Below are positions 34,376 through 47,200 of a DNA stretch of 59,028 nt, piece after piece. The DNA lies in NCBI GenBank assembly GCA_002269645.1, contig NIVC01004126.1, positions 1 through 59,028 on the forward strand, given 5' to 3'. A model generated the notes under the pieces. It worked only from the letters and a program-made list of their open reading frames with translations. It did not search any database and was not told where the DNA came from. Both the position numbers and the translations under genes were made by a program. Position 1 is the first letter of the stretch. Every line of letters begins with the position of its first letter. The DNA is from Macrostomum lignano (lineage: Eukaryota).

Positions 34376-35202
34376 CATATTCGGCAGCACTGTGCAGTGC
34401 AATGCTAGTAAAAGAAGACCCCAGAAGCCGCACAGAAATTACTGAATGCACAAAGCGGTCTCAATCGGCGACCTCCTCAGAGCGTCAATGCCTTTATTGC
34501 TTAGCGGACAAATTAATTAAAAAAAGAGCCAAGAGAAGTGCGAGAAGGGGGGCGCAAGACAAGCAGCGCAGACTTGAATTGCAGCGCACACAGAGCACAG
34601 TCAATACGTGCGCAAGTATCGCTATTGTACAGTTTGAAGTTGCAGCAGCAGTGGCGGCGGAAATGACGCAACTGCGGGCAGAAAAGCGAAACGAGAATAA
34701 TAATAATTGTTTATTTGAAAACGGAAGCGAAATCGCGTATAATTAAAAGAAACATAAAACATCGTAAATTTCGCCTCGGAATTGGCGGGAAGTGAAACCA
34801 GGAAAATTTTCAAAGATTTTTCGTTTAACACAATATTAAAAGTTCATGCAGACAAAAAAGCAGCAGCTGCGCGCAAGTCTCGCTACTGCGTATGCAATAA
34901 GAGCGCGAGTAGTAAGTGCAGAACATGCAGTATTGATAAAATATTAATATTAACCATCGGCAGCTAGCTCGTAAAAAGACATTAAAAATTTCAACTGATT
35001 AATAAAAAACTAAAAATATGCGCACAACATGCTACTGGATTATCGGCGAGACGGAAATGAGTAGGCAGGCATGCAATGGCGTTGATAGCGTATAATGAAT
35101 GGCCTTAAATGTACATCAGTATTCGGGAGGGATGCCGCAGTCCTGTCGCTGGTGTCACTTTGAGCAGAGTTCAGGGTGCAGGGGTCCCGCGGGGTCAACC
35201 GG

Positions 35203-38200
35203 TCAGGCCGCCTGCTGCTGCTGCTGGCAGCCGTCGAACAGCGAACGGAGGCTCCTGGCCGTCCCCTCGGCAGGCAGCTCGTCGGCTACGCCTTCGCCGA
35301 CGATCTCGCCGTCGCCCTCGTCATCGCCGTCGCCGCGTTGCGGCTCCTGGCGCTGTGGCAGGCGGACATTGCGGTTTGCCGCCGCCTGGCGCTGCTGCCT
35401 GGCGCCGTCCCGCAGCTCGCGCTGGCGCCGCTCGGCAGTCTCGGGATTCGGTGCGCCCGACGCGTCCACCTCCTCCTCTTTGCCGCGCCACAGCTGCAGC
35501 GCCGAGCGGGCGGCGTTGGCCGGCGGCAGCTCGTCGGCGGGGTCGGGGGCGCCGCTGCGCACCACGCCGTCTGGCAGGGGCGTCGGCTGCGACTCCGACA
35601 CCGTGGCGTCCGACACCGGCGCCGAGTAGTCAAAGTCCAGCTGCTGCTGCTGCTGCCGCGGTTGCTGCGGCTTTGAGACCGGCGGCTGGGGCGCAGAGTG
35701 GCGAGCGGGTTGGTTAGTAGAGGGTTGATGGGGAGGCGCGCGATACAGGTCGGAGAGGCGGGTAAAACCATGCGGATACTGGCTGACTACAACCGCACTC
35801 TAGCGGCTGTACAATCTGATGCACGTACATAGAGTGTACACTCTGCTGTATGAACTAGATATGGACTGTAATTTCCACTGTATATACGAGTACAATACAT
35901 AGGATGTACAATCCGCTGTATGTACAGAGTGTACACTCTACTGTATGTACACAGGGTGTACACTCTACTGTATGTACACAGGGTGTACACTCTACTGTAT
36001 GTACACAGGGTGTACACTCTACTGTATGTACACAGGGTGTCAGGGTGTACATTCCGCTGCATGCGCTATACATCAGGTTAACACGCTTCCTACATTAAGA
36101 AGCGTTGCATTTATTTACTGTAGCACAAGTGAAACGGCATTAGTTTGCATGCCGTTTTACTTTCATTTACTTTCGCTAGACAGAGTAGCGCAGCCGACCC
36201 AGCAGAGCAGAAAAAGGCATGCCAGAGAAATGAGCATTTATTACGCTTAGCTGCATTCAAGGACTTCTAAATACGGACAAGTGTGCTCAAATTAAAAGCA
36301 ATTAACAAATTTAGCTTACACAAAAAGAATTCCACACAGAATGATACCGCAAGCAAATAAATACCTGCATGCACGGAACTGCAAACCGTTAAGCAGCAGT
36401 AGTATATGGTGAATCGAATCTGGCTACAAACACGCAAGGCAAGCCAGCATGAAAATTATTGTAATGTGTGAGGTGAACAGCCGCGAGGGAACCGACAAGT
36501 ACTTTTATAGCATACTCTTAACAGTTGCATTAAGGCTCCCAATGTACACTAAGCATTGGTACTCGGATATAGCAGGCAGAAGTCACTGGATTTGTCAAAA
36601 GCACTGATAAGAATTTTTTCCCTACTTATGGTAGTTGCTCGGAATTCAAGGGCGTAGCTATCGTTTGAAATAGAGAAAATTGGTGCTGCTAGGGGTTGGG
36701 GTGTTGTGTGGTTTGGGGTGTTGTGGGGGTTGGGGTGCTGCTTGAATTAGGGTATTGTGGGGGTTGTGTGCTGCTTGGGGTGGGGTGCTGCTTGGGGTTG
36801 GGGTGTTGTGTGGTTTGGGGTGTTGTGGGGGTTGGGGTGCTGCTTGAATTAGGGTATTGTGGGGGTTGTGTGCTGCTTGGGGTTGGGGTGTTGTGGGGGC
36901 TGGGGTGTTGTGGGGGCTGGGGTGTTGTGGGGCTGGGGTGTTGTGGGGGCTGGGGTGTTGTGGGGCTGGGGTGTTGTGGGGGCTGGGGTGTTGTGGGGCT
37001 GGGGTGTTGTGGGGCTGGGGTGTTGTGGGGGCTGGGGTGTTGTGGGGCTGGGGTGTTGTGGGGGCTGGGGTGTTGTGGGGCTGGGGTGTTGTGGGGGCTG
37101 GGTGTTGTGGGAATTGGGGTGCCGCTGGAGGTTGGGATGTTGTGGTGGTTGGGGTGTTGTGGAGGTTGGGGTGTTGTGGGGGCTTGGGTTGCTACCGGAG
37201 GCCGAGTAAACTCCCGACGCCAGCTACGCCCCTGGCAGAGCTCCCAGCTAAACTACAGCGGTGCTGAGCCGTGCGGCAAAGCTTTGCTCCCCTCAAGTTC
37301 CAGACTCCCGAAGTAAATGTAAGCTTCATCATCAATCATCGGAGCGGCCGCTCCAGATGAGGTCAGCGGGCCGCTGCTGCGGATCGTTCTCGAAGACGCC
37401 ACTGTGCTCTGAGAGCTCGGCCCAGATGTCAATCTGCAGGGCGGGTCCGAGCAGTGCGATGAGAGAGGCGGTTGGAGGGGGCGGAGCTGCGTGAGAAGCT
37501 GCGAGCAAAGATTTCTGTGAGCTTTAAAGTGCGCGACATTAAAAGACAAAAAAGAAAAATGCATTGAGTGAAATTGGGTCAACTATAGCAGAGCGCACAG
37601 GTGACAAAAGTAATGCATGTAGGCAGAACAAACAGACAGACACAGCAGACACAGCAGACAGACACAGCAGACAGACACAGCAGACATTCCCCTAACTGAA
37701 CAATTAGATCACAGACAACAAACTGACACATTAGTTATGTTATGTTAGCACACAGCAGACATACACAACAAACAGACAGACACAGCACACAGACACAGCA
37801 CACAGACACACACAGACACAGCACACAGACACACACAGACACAGCACACCGACACACACAGACACAGCACACAGACACACACAGACACAGCACACAGACA
37901 CACACAGACACAGCACACAGAAACACACAGACACAGCACACAGACACACACAGACACAACACACAGACACAGCACACAGACACACACAGACACAGCACAC
38001 AGACACAGCACACAAAAAACAGCACACAGACACAGCACACAGACACACAGACACAGCACACAGACACAGCACACAGACACAGCACACCGACACAGCACAC
38101 AGACACACACAGACACAGCACACAGACACACACAGACACAGCACACCGACACAGCACACAGACACACACAGACACAGCACACAGACACACACAGACACAG

Positions 38201-41200
38201 CACACCGACACAGCACACAGACACACACAGACACAGCACACAGACACAGCACACCGACACAGCACACAGACACACACAGACACAGCACACCGACACAGCA
38301 CACAGACACACACACACAGACACAGCACACAGACACACACAGACACAGCACACCGACACAGCACACAGACACACACAGACACAGCACACAGACACACACC
38401 GACACAGCACACAGACACACACAGACACAGCACACAGACACAGCACACAGACACACACAGACACAGCACACAGACACAGCACACAGACACAGCACACAGA
38501 CACACACAGACACAGCACACAGACAGAACTGCGCCAATACCTGCCGCCAGCCAGCTGCGGTGCGCACGCAGAGAGGAGGCGTCAGGCAATGTGCCGCAGC
38601 TGCAGTGCAACAGCCAGCAGCAGCACACACACAGCGGCAGCAGCAGCAGCAGCAGCAGCAAAATTCACCATTCCAGGCCGGCCGGCTCTGGCGGCCTCCT
38701 CCGCCTCGCGCTGTCGGAGCAGCAGCTGCCGCTTGGCGGCGCTGGCGGTGCCGCGGATGTCGCCAAGCTCGCCGCCGCCGCCAGCCTGGTACTGCACCAC
38801 GTCAGGCAGCAGCTTCTGCGGCTGGTTCTCGTAGACGCCGCCCTCGCCCATCTCCAGGGCCACGGGGGCTTTGGGCTTCGGCGCCGAGCTGTTGCTGAGG
38901 CTGCGCTCGTACTGCTGGCGGGCCGCGCGGGCCCCGACGAATTCGCCGGTCTGCGGATCGAAGTCCAGCGGCTGCGGGCGGCAGGGGGAGTTACAGACAC
39001 TGGTGATGAGTGACGGACTGGGTGGTGTGGGGAGTGACACACACTGTGGTGATGAGTGACAGACACTGTGGTGATGAGTGACAGACTCGGTGGTGTGGGG
39101 AGTGAGACTCGGTGGTGTGGGGAGTGACAGACTCGGTGGTGTGGGGAGTGAGACTCGGTGGTGTGGGGAGTGACAGACTCGGTGGTGTGGGGAGTGACAG
39201 ACTCGGTGGTGTGGGGAGTGAGACTCGGTGGTGTGGGGAGTGACAGACTCGGTGGTGTGGGGAGTGAGACTCGGTGGTGTGGGGAGTGACAGACTCGGTG
39301 GTGTGAGGAGTGACAGACTCGGTGGTGTGGGGAGTGACAGACACTACAGAGTGAGGAATGACAGACACTACAGAGTGAGGAGTGACAGACACTACAGAGT
39401 GAGGAGTGACAGACACTACAGAGTGAGGAGTGACAGACACTACAGAGTGAGGAATGACAGACACTACAGAGTGAGGAGTGACAGACACTACAGAGTGAGG
39501 AGTGACAGACACTACAGAGTGAGGAGTGACAGACACTACAGAGTGAGGAGTGACAGACACTACAGAGTGAGGAGTGACAGACACTACAGAGTGAGGAATG
39601 ACAGGCACCTTCAGAGACAGCCTCACCTTGGGCGCCGCGGGCTGCTGCTGGCTGCCGGCCTGCTGCCAGGCGCTGACTGCGCGGCTGTAGGCGCCGGCCG
39701 GATCGAAGGCGGCTGCCTCGTCCTGGGCGCCCCAGCGGGCGACATCGTCGCGGACCTCCGGACAGTTCTCGTACACACCGCTATCGTTGGCAAGCTCCAG
39801 CACCACGCGTCGCTCGGCCGAGGCCGCCTTCTGCGCCGCCTCGGACATGAAGCGCTGCTTGGCCAGGGTGGCGCACTTGCCCTCAGCGTACAGCCGGTAG
39901 TCCTCGGCCGCCGCGGGGTCCGGCCGGACAACGTCGGGCAGCTGCACCGGCTCGTTCTCGTAGATGCCGCCCTCGCCTTCGTCTAGACGGATGGGCTGAG
40001 GATTGGGGAGGCAAGGTGAAGTGAGACTGGGGAAGTTTGGGTGAGCCTGGGACAGCTTGAGTGTGACTGGGACAGTTTGAGTGAGTCTGGGACAGCTTGA
40101 GTGTGACTGGGACAGCTTGAGTGAGTCTGGGACAGCTTGAGTGAGTCTGGGACAGCTTGAGTGAGTCTGGGACAGCTTGAGTGAGACTGGGACAGCTTGA
40201 GTGAGTCTGGAACAGCTTGAGTGAGACTGGGACAGCTTGAGTGAGTCTGGGACAGCTTGAGTGAGTATGGGACAGTTTGAGTGAGTCTGGGACAGCTTGA
40301 GGTGAGACTGGGACAGTTTGAGTGAGACTGGGACAGCTTGAGTGAGTCTGGGACAGCTTGAGTGAGACTGGGACAGCTTGAGTGAGTCTGGGACAGCTTG
40401 AGTGAGTATGGGACAGTTTGAGTGAGTCTGGGACAGCTTGAGGTGAGACTGGGACAGTTTGAGTGAGACTGGGACAGCTTGAGTGAGTCTGGGACAGCTT
40501 GAGTGAGTATGGGACAGTTTGAGTGAGTCTGGGACAGCTTGAGGTGAGACTGGGACAGTTTGAGTGAGACTGGGACAGCTTGAGTGAGTCTGGGACAGCT
40601 TGAGTGAGACTGGGACAGCTTGAGTGAGTCTGGGACAGCTTGAGTGAGTATGGGACAGTTTGAGTGAGTCTGGGACAGCTTGAGGTGAGACTGGGACAGT
40701 TTGAGTGAGACTGGGACAGTTTGAGTGAGACTGGGTCAGCTTGAGTGAGACTGAGACAGTTTGAGTCAGACTGGAACAACTTGACTCTCACCGGTCTCTC
40801 CACAGTTTTCTGCTGCTGGGACTCGAGCAGGAACTTCTCCTTGAGCCGTTTGGTGTACTGCTGCTCCAGCTGGTCCTGTGCTCCGTCGGTAGCGGACTGG
40901 CCGTACCGCACGACACCATCGGGCAGCGGGGCGGGCTCGTTCTCGTAGACTGCGGTGGCCGACTGCGAGGCGAAGGACTGGATCTCTTGCTGCGTTGGCG
41001 TGCGAAGTTTGAAATTAGATTCGTTTGCGGATTCGGGGTTGCAGACTCGGTGGCAGATTCGGAATTGGTCACGGCAGACGGCAGGCGGCATGCGGGGCTC
41101 CGAGGTGACGCGAGAAAAAAGCGGTGACTTGCTGCGTGCACTGCTGCCAGCTGCTGGTCTTTGTTCTGAACCGCACACGCAAGCATCTCAGCCAGCTGCT

Positions 41201-44200
41201 GGTCTTTGTTCTGAACCGCACACGCAAGCATCTCAGCCAGCTGCTGGTCTTTGTTCTGAACCGCACACGCAAGCATCTCAGCCAGCTGCTGGTCTTTGTT
41301 CTGAACCGCACACGCAAGCATCTCAGCCAGCTGCTGGTCTTTGTTCTGAACCGCACACGCAAGCATCTCAGCCAGCTGCTAGTCTTTGTTCTGAACCGCA
41401 CACGCAAGCAGAACAGCTCATGCGGACACAGGGCAGACAAACTGCCATCAGTTCGCGCACATACTCGTACATGACTGGAACACTTTATGTAACAAGCAAA
41501 GGATTTTCCATATAAATGAAAAGTAGGAAAGCAGGACAAATAATTACACAGAGTAATAAAATAACCGGTGAGAGGCGCAGAAAAGTTCAAACCGTGAGTC
41601 AGTTAAACTTGACACAAATAAAAAAACAGCAAAAGTACAAATGCACGGGTGCGCTCTCTAAACACGCGGAAATCTCGGGCTCGCAGCTTCCAACACGGGA
41701 AAATCATGCTTGTCAAAACTGGAGAAGCTCGCCAGTTTTGCTGCACACTCACGTGGGGGTCTATCCTGTTCTGCCGGGGTCGCTTGGTCTCCTCCTCAAG
41801 CGCCTTCTCCCACATCGAGCTGATGCGGGAGCCCTTTAGCAAGCGATAGCGATTTAGGAATTAAGGGCATTTTCAACACGTGTCAGGTCTGGAGACTGTC
41901 AGTCAAGTTCTAGAGACTGCCAGCCCAGGTCTAAAGACTGTCAGTCCAGGTCTAGAGACTGCCAGTCCAGGTCTAGAGACTGTCAGTCCAGATCTAGAGA
42001 CTGCCAGTCCAGGTCTAGAGACTGCCAGTCCAGGTCTAGAGACTGTCAGTCCAGATCTAGAGACTGACAGTCCCGGTCTAGAGACTGCCAGTCCAGGTCT
42101 AGAGACTGCCAGCCCAGGTCTAGAGACTGTCAGTCCCGGTCTAGAGACTGCCAGTCCAGGTCTAGAGACTGCCAGTCCAGGTCTAGAGACTGTCAGTCCA
42201 GATCTAGAGACCAGAGAAAGATCCAGAGAATGGCAGTGCATATCTGAAGTCTAGTCATATGAATGTGGAGTTTAAAACAGTAAATGAAGTTACCAACACA
42301 GAGCAGAGAATCCAAAGTAGCAAGATACTGCAGTGCTTATAGGCCATAAATATCGGGTGTCTGTCAGGATAAACACCCAGTGCCCGAGTGACAGGATCTC
42401 TGTGACAGAGTGACAGGATCTCTGTGACAGAGTGACAGGATCTCTGTGACAGAGTGACAGGATCTCTGTGACAGAGTGACAGGATCTCTGTGACAGAGTG
42501 ACAGGATCTCTGTGACAGAGTGACAGGATCATCTCTGACAGAGTGACAGGACAAAGAGCCAGGATGGGATAAGGAAGGCACAACAATGCGAATGATCAAC
42601 CTGGAATTGCGCAGCCGCAGCCGCCTGCGACTCCCGGCGGCGCCAGAGGTCAAGCAGGCTGCGGGCGGCGCTGACCTGCGGCAGGCCGTCCAGGCAGCTG
42701 CTGGCTGCTGGCGCAGATTCCCGCTCAGCTTCATCGCTGGCTGACGACTCCGAGGCGCAATTTCGCTAATTTGCGATTTTAGTTCGGGAGATCAGAGAGC
42801 GGCACGGATGATGCTGGAGTCTGGACCGGGACTTTCATAAAATCAAATTTTTACTAGTCGGAAAATGGAAGCGCCAAGTAGTCTGGCGCGGCGCTCTGAT
42901 GTGCCAGCGGCCCCGAGCTCCATTCCAAGTGCACTCACATGAATTTGGGGCTAAACTGGAATCTCAGCTTGGCTCTGCTCGTGCAATTAACGGCCTTGAG
43001 GCCCAACCCCCAAGGCACAGTGAAGTGTACATGCCTGCTCAGTGCAATCAGTGGGAGACCACGGGGAGACGGCGGGTCTGATAAGCCGGAAACCATTTTC
43101 TGACTAAGCTGAAATCCCCTCTAAAGCGCAGAACAGGCCAGAACGCTCAGTCGACCGCTTTGCATAAAAAATAAGGCCAAACTTATTAGCAAACAGGACA
43201 TACTACTGAGATGAAGTGATTAACGAGTAGTATTATTTGAATTTAAGGAAAATCTTTTGAATTTGCTGACTCTCAGAGAGCGATCGGGTTTTCATTGAGC
43301 AACACACTACTTACCGATTCTTCACCTCAGTAGTAATACCTATGGCCTTTTATTTTAGCTTCAGATATAAGACAGCCGATTTGAGCATTCTGGCGCATTC
43401 TGCGCTGCTGACAGCTCACAAATTCAGTTAAAACTGAGGGCGGCACTCACAGATCGCGGCCGGGCCTCCGCCTCCTTGGCAGGCGGCTGGTGGCTGCCGT
43501 TCTGCTGCTCGATCTCCCGGAAGCGGGCCAGCACGTTGCGGCTGCTGCCGGGTGCCGGCCGGTCGTCCGAGTCGCCGTTGTCATAGCAACGGACTACATC
43601 TGGTGGCAACTCCTGCGGCTGGCTTTCGACCACTCCGGCGCTGCCCTCCCTGGGCGGGGTGAAGCGCTTTGGCTTCTCCGAGTGCGGCCGCTCCTTCTCG
43701 CTGGTGGCCGTCTCGTAGCGGTGTCTGGCAGACTGCAGGCCAGCGTAGTACACCTGGGCGGATCCAGGTGGGGAGCTGCGTGCGAACGCGATGCTTTGGG
43801 AGTCGGGATTTGATGGATTGGGATTCGGGATTTGATGGATTGGGATTCGGGATTTGATGGATTGGGATTCGGGATTTGATGAACTGGGATTCGGGATTTG
43901 ATGGATTGGGATTCGGGATTCGATAGATTGGGATTCGGGATTTGATGGATTGGGATTCGGGATTTGATGAACTGGGATTCGGGATTTGATGGATTGGGAT
44001 TCGGGATTTGATGGATTGGGATTCGGGATTTGATGGATTGGGATTCGGGATTTGATGAACTGGGATTCGGGATTTGATGGATTGGGATTCGGGATTCGAT
44101 AGATTGGGATTCGGGATTTGATGGATTGGGATTCGGGATTTGATGAACTGGGATTCGGGATTTGATGGATTGGGATTCGGGATTTGATGGATTGGGATTC

Positions 44201-47200
44201 GGGATTTGATGGATTGGGATTCGGGATTTGATGGATTGGGATTCAGGATTTGATGGATTGGGATTCGGGATTTGATGGATTGGGATTCGGGATTTGATGG
44301 ATTGGGATTCGGGATTCGATAGATTGGGATTCGGGATTTGATGGATTGGGATTCGGGATTTGATGAACTGGGATTCGGGATTTGATGGATTGGGATTCGG
44401 GATTCGATAGATTGGGATTCGGGATTTGATGGATTGGGATTCGGGATTCGACAGATTGGGATTCGGGATTTGATGAACTGGGATTCGGGATTTGATGGAT
44501 TGGGATTCAGGATTTGATGGATTGGGATTCGGGATTTGATGGATTGGGATTCGGGATTTGATGGATTGGGATTCGGGATTCGATAGATTGGGATTCGGGA
44601 TTTGATGGATTGGGATTCGGGATTCGACAGATTGGGATTCGGGATTTGATGAACTGGGATTCGGGATTTGATGGATTGGGATTCGGGATTTGATGGATTG
44701 GGATTCGGGATTCGATAGATTGGGATTCGGGATTTGATGAACTGGGATTCGGGATTTGATGGATTGGGATTCGGGATTTGATAGATTGGGATTCGGGATT
44801 TGATGGATTGGGATTCGGGATTCGACAGATTGGGATTCGGGATTTGATGAACTGGGATTCGGGATTTGATGGATTGGGATTCGGGATTTGATGGATTGGG
44901 ATTCGGGATTCGATAGATTGGGATTCGGGATTTGATGAACTGGGATTCGGGATTTGATGGATTGGGATTCGGGATTTGATAGATTGGGATTCTGGATTTG
45001 ATGGAGTGCGATTCGGGATTTGATGGATTGGGATTTAGGATTAGGTTTGGGATTCGGGATTTGATGAACTGGGATTCGGGATTTGATGGAGTGCGATTCG
45101 GGATTTTATGGATTGGAATTTAGGATTAGGTTTGGGATTCGAACTGGAATTTGGGATTTGGAGAATTGGGACTCGGGATTGAAAAGTGTTTTGAGTCGGA
45201 CACCAGTGAAATAACCAGTGAAAAAGTAAATAAACTAAAATATTAAAGCTTTGATCGCCTCTTGCCAGCTGAGTGACTCATCCGACCGTGAAGCATGCGA
45301 AGGTGAACAGGACCAGGTGAACCAATTATTAATGCCGAATGACGAGTGCTGAACCGATCCACGAATCAAAAGAAAGGAAGTCTAAGGAAAGCAGATCGCC
45401 GTTAAAAAGGTACCCCAGATGATGCAGGAGGCTGCGCAGTCTCCATCTCTTCGGCCTCGTCAGGGGCGGCAGAGTCGCCCTCGTCGTAGTCGGAGGGAAA
45501 GTTCGGAGCGCAGGACAGCTCGGCTGTCAGCTTCGGGTGCCGAGTGTTGCCGCTGGATGCCGGCATTGGTTGCCTAGCAACTGCAGGCTGCATAGCAACC
45601 TCCGGAGAAGACAGCGTAGCAACCACTGGAGATGGTTGCGTAGCAGCCACAAATGGTTGCATAGCAACAGCATTCGAGGGCGGAGAAACCGAAGGCGGTT
45701 GAAAGGACAAAAATTGCTGCCTAGCAACTGGCAGCAGAGAAGTCACCGATGATTGCCTAGCAACCGGCGTCTCCTTAGCAACCGGCTGTTGCGTAGCAAC
45801 CAATGGATCAGCATTAGCATCGATCGGGGACTGTAATCCGGAAACAGACGACTGCCTAGCGACCATTCTTAGCTGAACGGTTGCCTTGGAAACCTTTGAT
45901 GATGCCGCCGGCTCGGCAAGCTGGATAGAATATTTTCCAGACCAATTTAACTGGCCATTTCCCTTTGCACGTAGCTGGGTGCTGCGACTGGGTAGCAATT
46001 AGAACTGCTGCTAACTTAATGCTCACTTGCTTCAAGCTTTAGCAATCAAGACTGATAATGCCTTAGTTAATACATTCTGCTAGTGCTTGCAGCAGCAAAA
46101 CTTAATGCAAAACTCAGATCTCAGAATCTGCGAAGGTTGCGACGGCCCAGCAACTGAGCAACTGAGTTACTCTGGGAGGGAAGCGAAGTAACTGGGGATC
46201 TGGGAGGCTAGCCCAGCAACTAAGGATCTGGGCGGCTGGCCCAGCAACTGAGGATCTGGGAGGCTGGCCCAGCAACTGAGGATCTGGGAGGCTGGCCCAG
46301 CAACTGAGGATCTGTGAGGCTGGCCCAGCAACTGAGGATCTGGGAGGCTGGCCCAGCAACTGAGGATCTGGGAGGCTAGCCCAGCAACTAAGGATCTGGG
46401 CGGCTGGCCCAGCAACTGAGGATCTGGGAGGCTGGCCCAGCAACTGAGGATCTGGGAGGCTGGCCCAGCAACTGAGGATCTGTGAGGCTGGCCCAGCAAC
46501 TGAGGATCTGGGAGGCTGGCCCAGCAACTGAGGATCTGGGAGGCTGGCCCAGCAACTGAGGATCTGGGAGGGCAGCGGAGCAACTGAGCATCTGGGAGGC
46601 TGGCCTAGCAACTGAGAATCTGGGCGGCTGGCTCAGCAACTGAGGATCTGGGAGGGCAGCGGAGCAACTGAGGATCTGGGAGGCTGGCCAGCAACTGAGA
46701 ATCTGGGTGGCTGGCCCAGCAACTGAGCATCTGGGAGGCTGGCCCAGCAACTGAGAATCTGGGCGGCTGGCTCAGCAATTGAGGATCTGGGAGGGCAGCG
46801 GAACAACTGAGAATCTGGGAGGCTGGCCCAGCAACTGAGAATCTGGGCGGCTGGCTCAGCAACTGAGGATCTGGGAGGCTGGCTCAGCAACTGAGGATCG
46901 AGGAAGGCAGCGGAGCAACTGAGGATCTGGGAGGCTGGCCCAGCAACTGAGAATCTGGGTGGCTGGCCCAGCAACTGAGGATCTGGGAGGCTGGCCCAGC
47001 AACTGAGAATCTGGGTGGCTGGCCCAGCAACTGAGAATCTGGGAGGCTGGCCCAGCAACTGAGAATCTGGGTGGCTGGCCCAGCAACTGAGGATCTGGGA
47101 GGCTGGCCCAGCAACTGAGAATCTGGGTGGCTGGCCCGGCAACTGAGGATCTGGGAGGCTGGCCCAGCAACTGAGAATCTGGGAACTGCTCGCCAATGCA

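Noticed and set aside
37735-39013. Cys-rich or Thr/His-rich long ORFs resembling metallothionein or keratin-associated proteins
   Set aside because: CA/GT microsatellite artefacts
39883-41178. 431-aa single ORF
   Set aside because: Only 40989-40792 is exon-like; the rest is intronic array read through without stops
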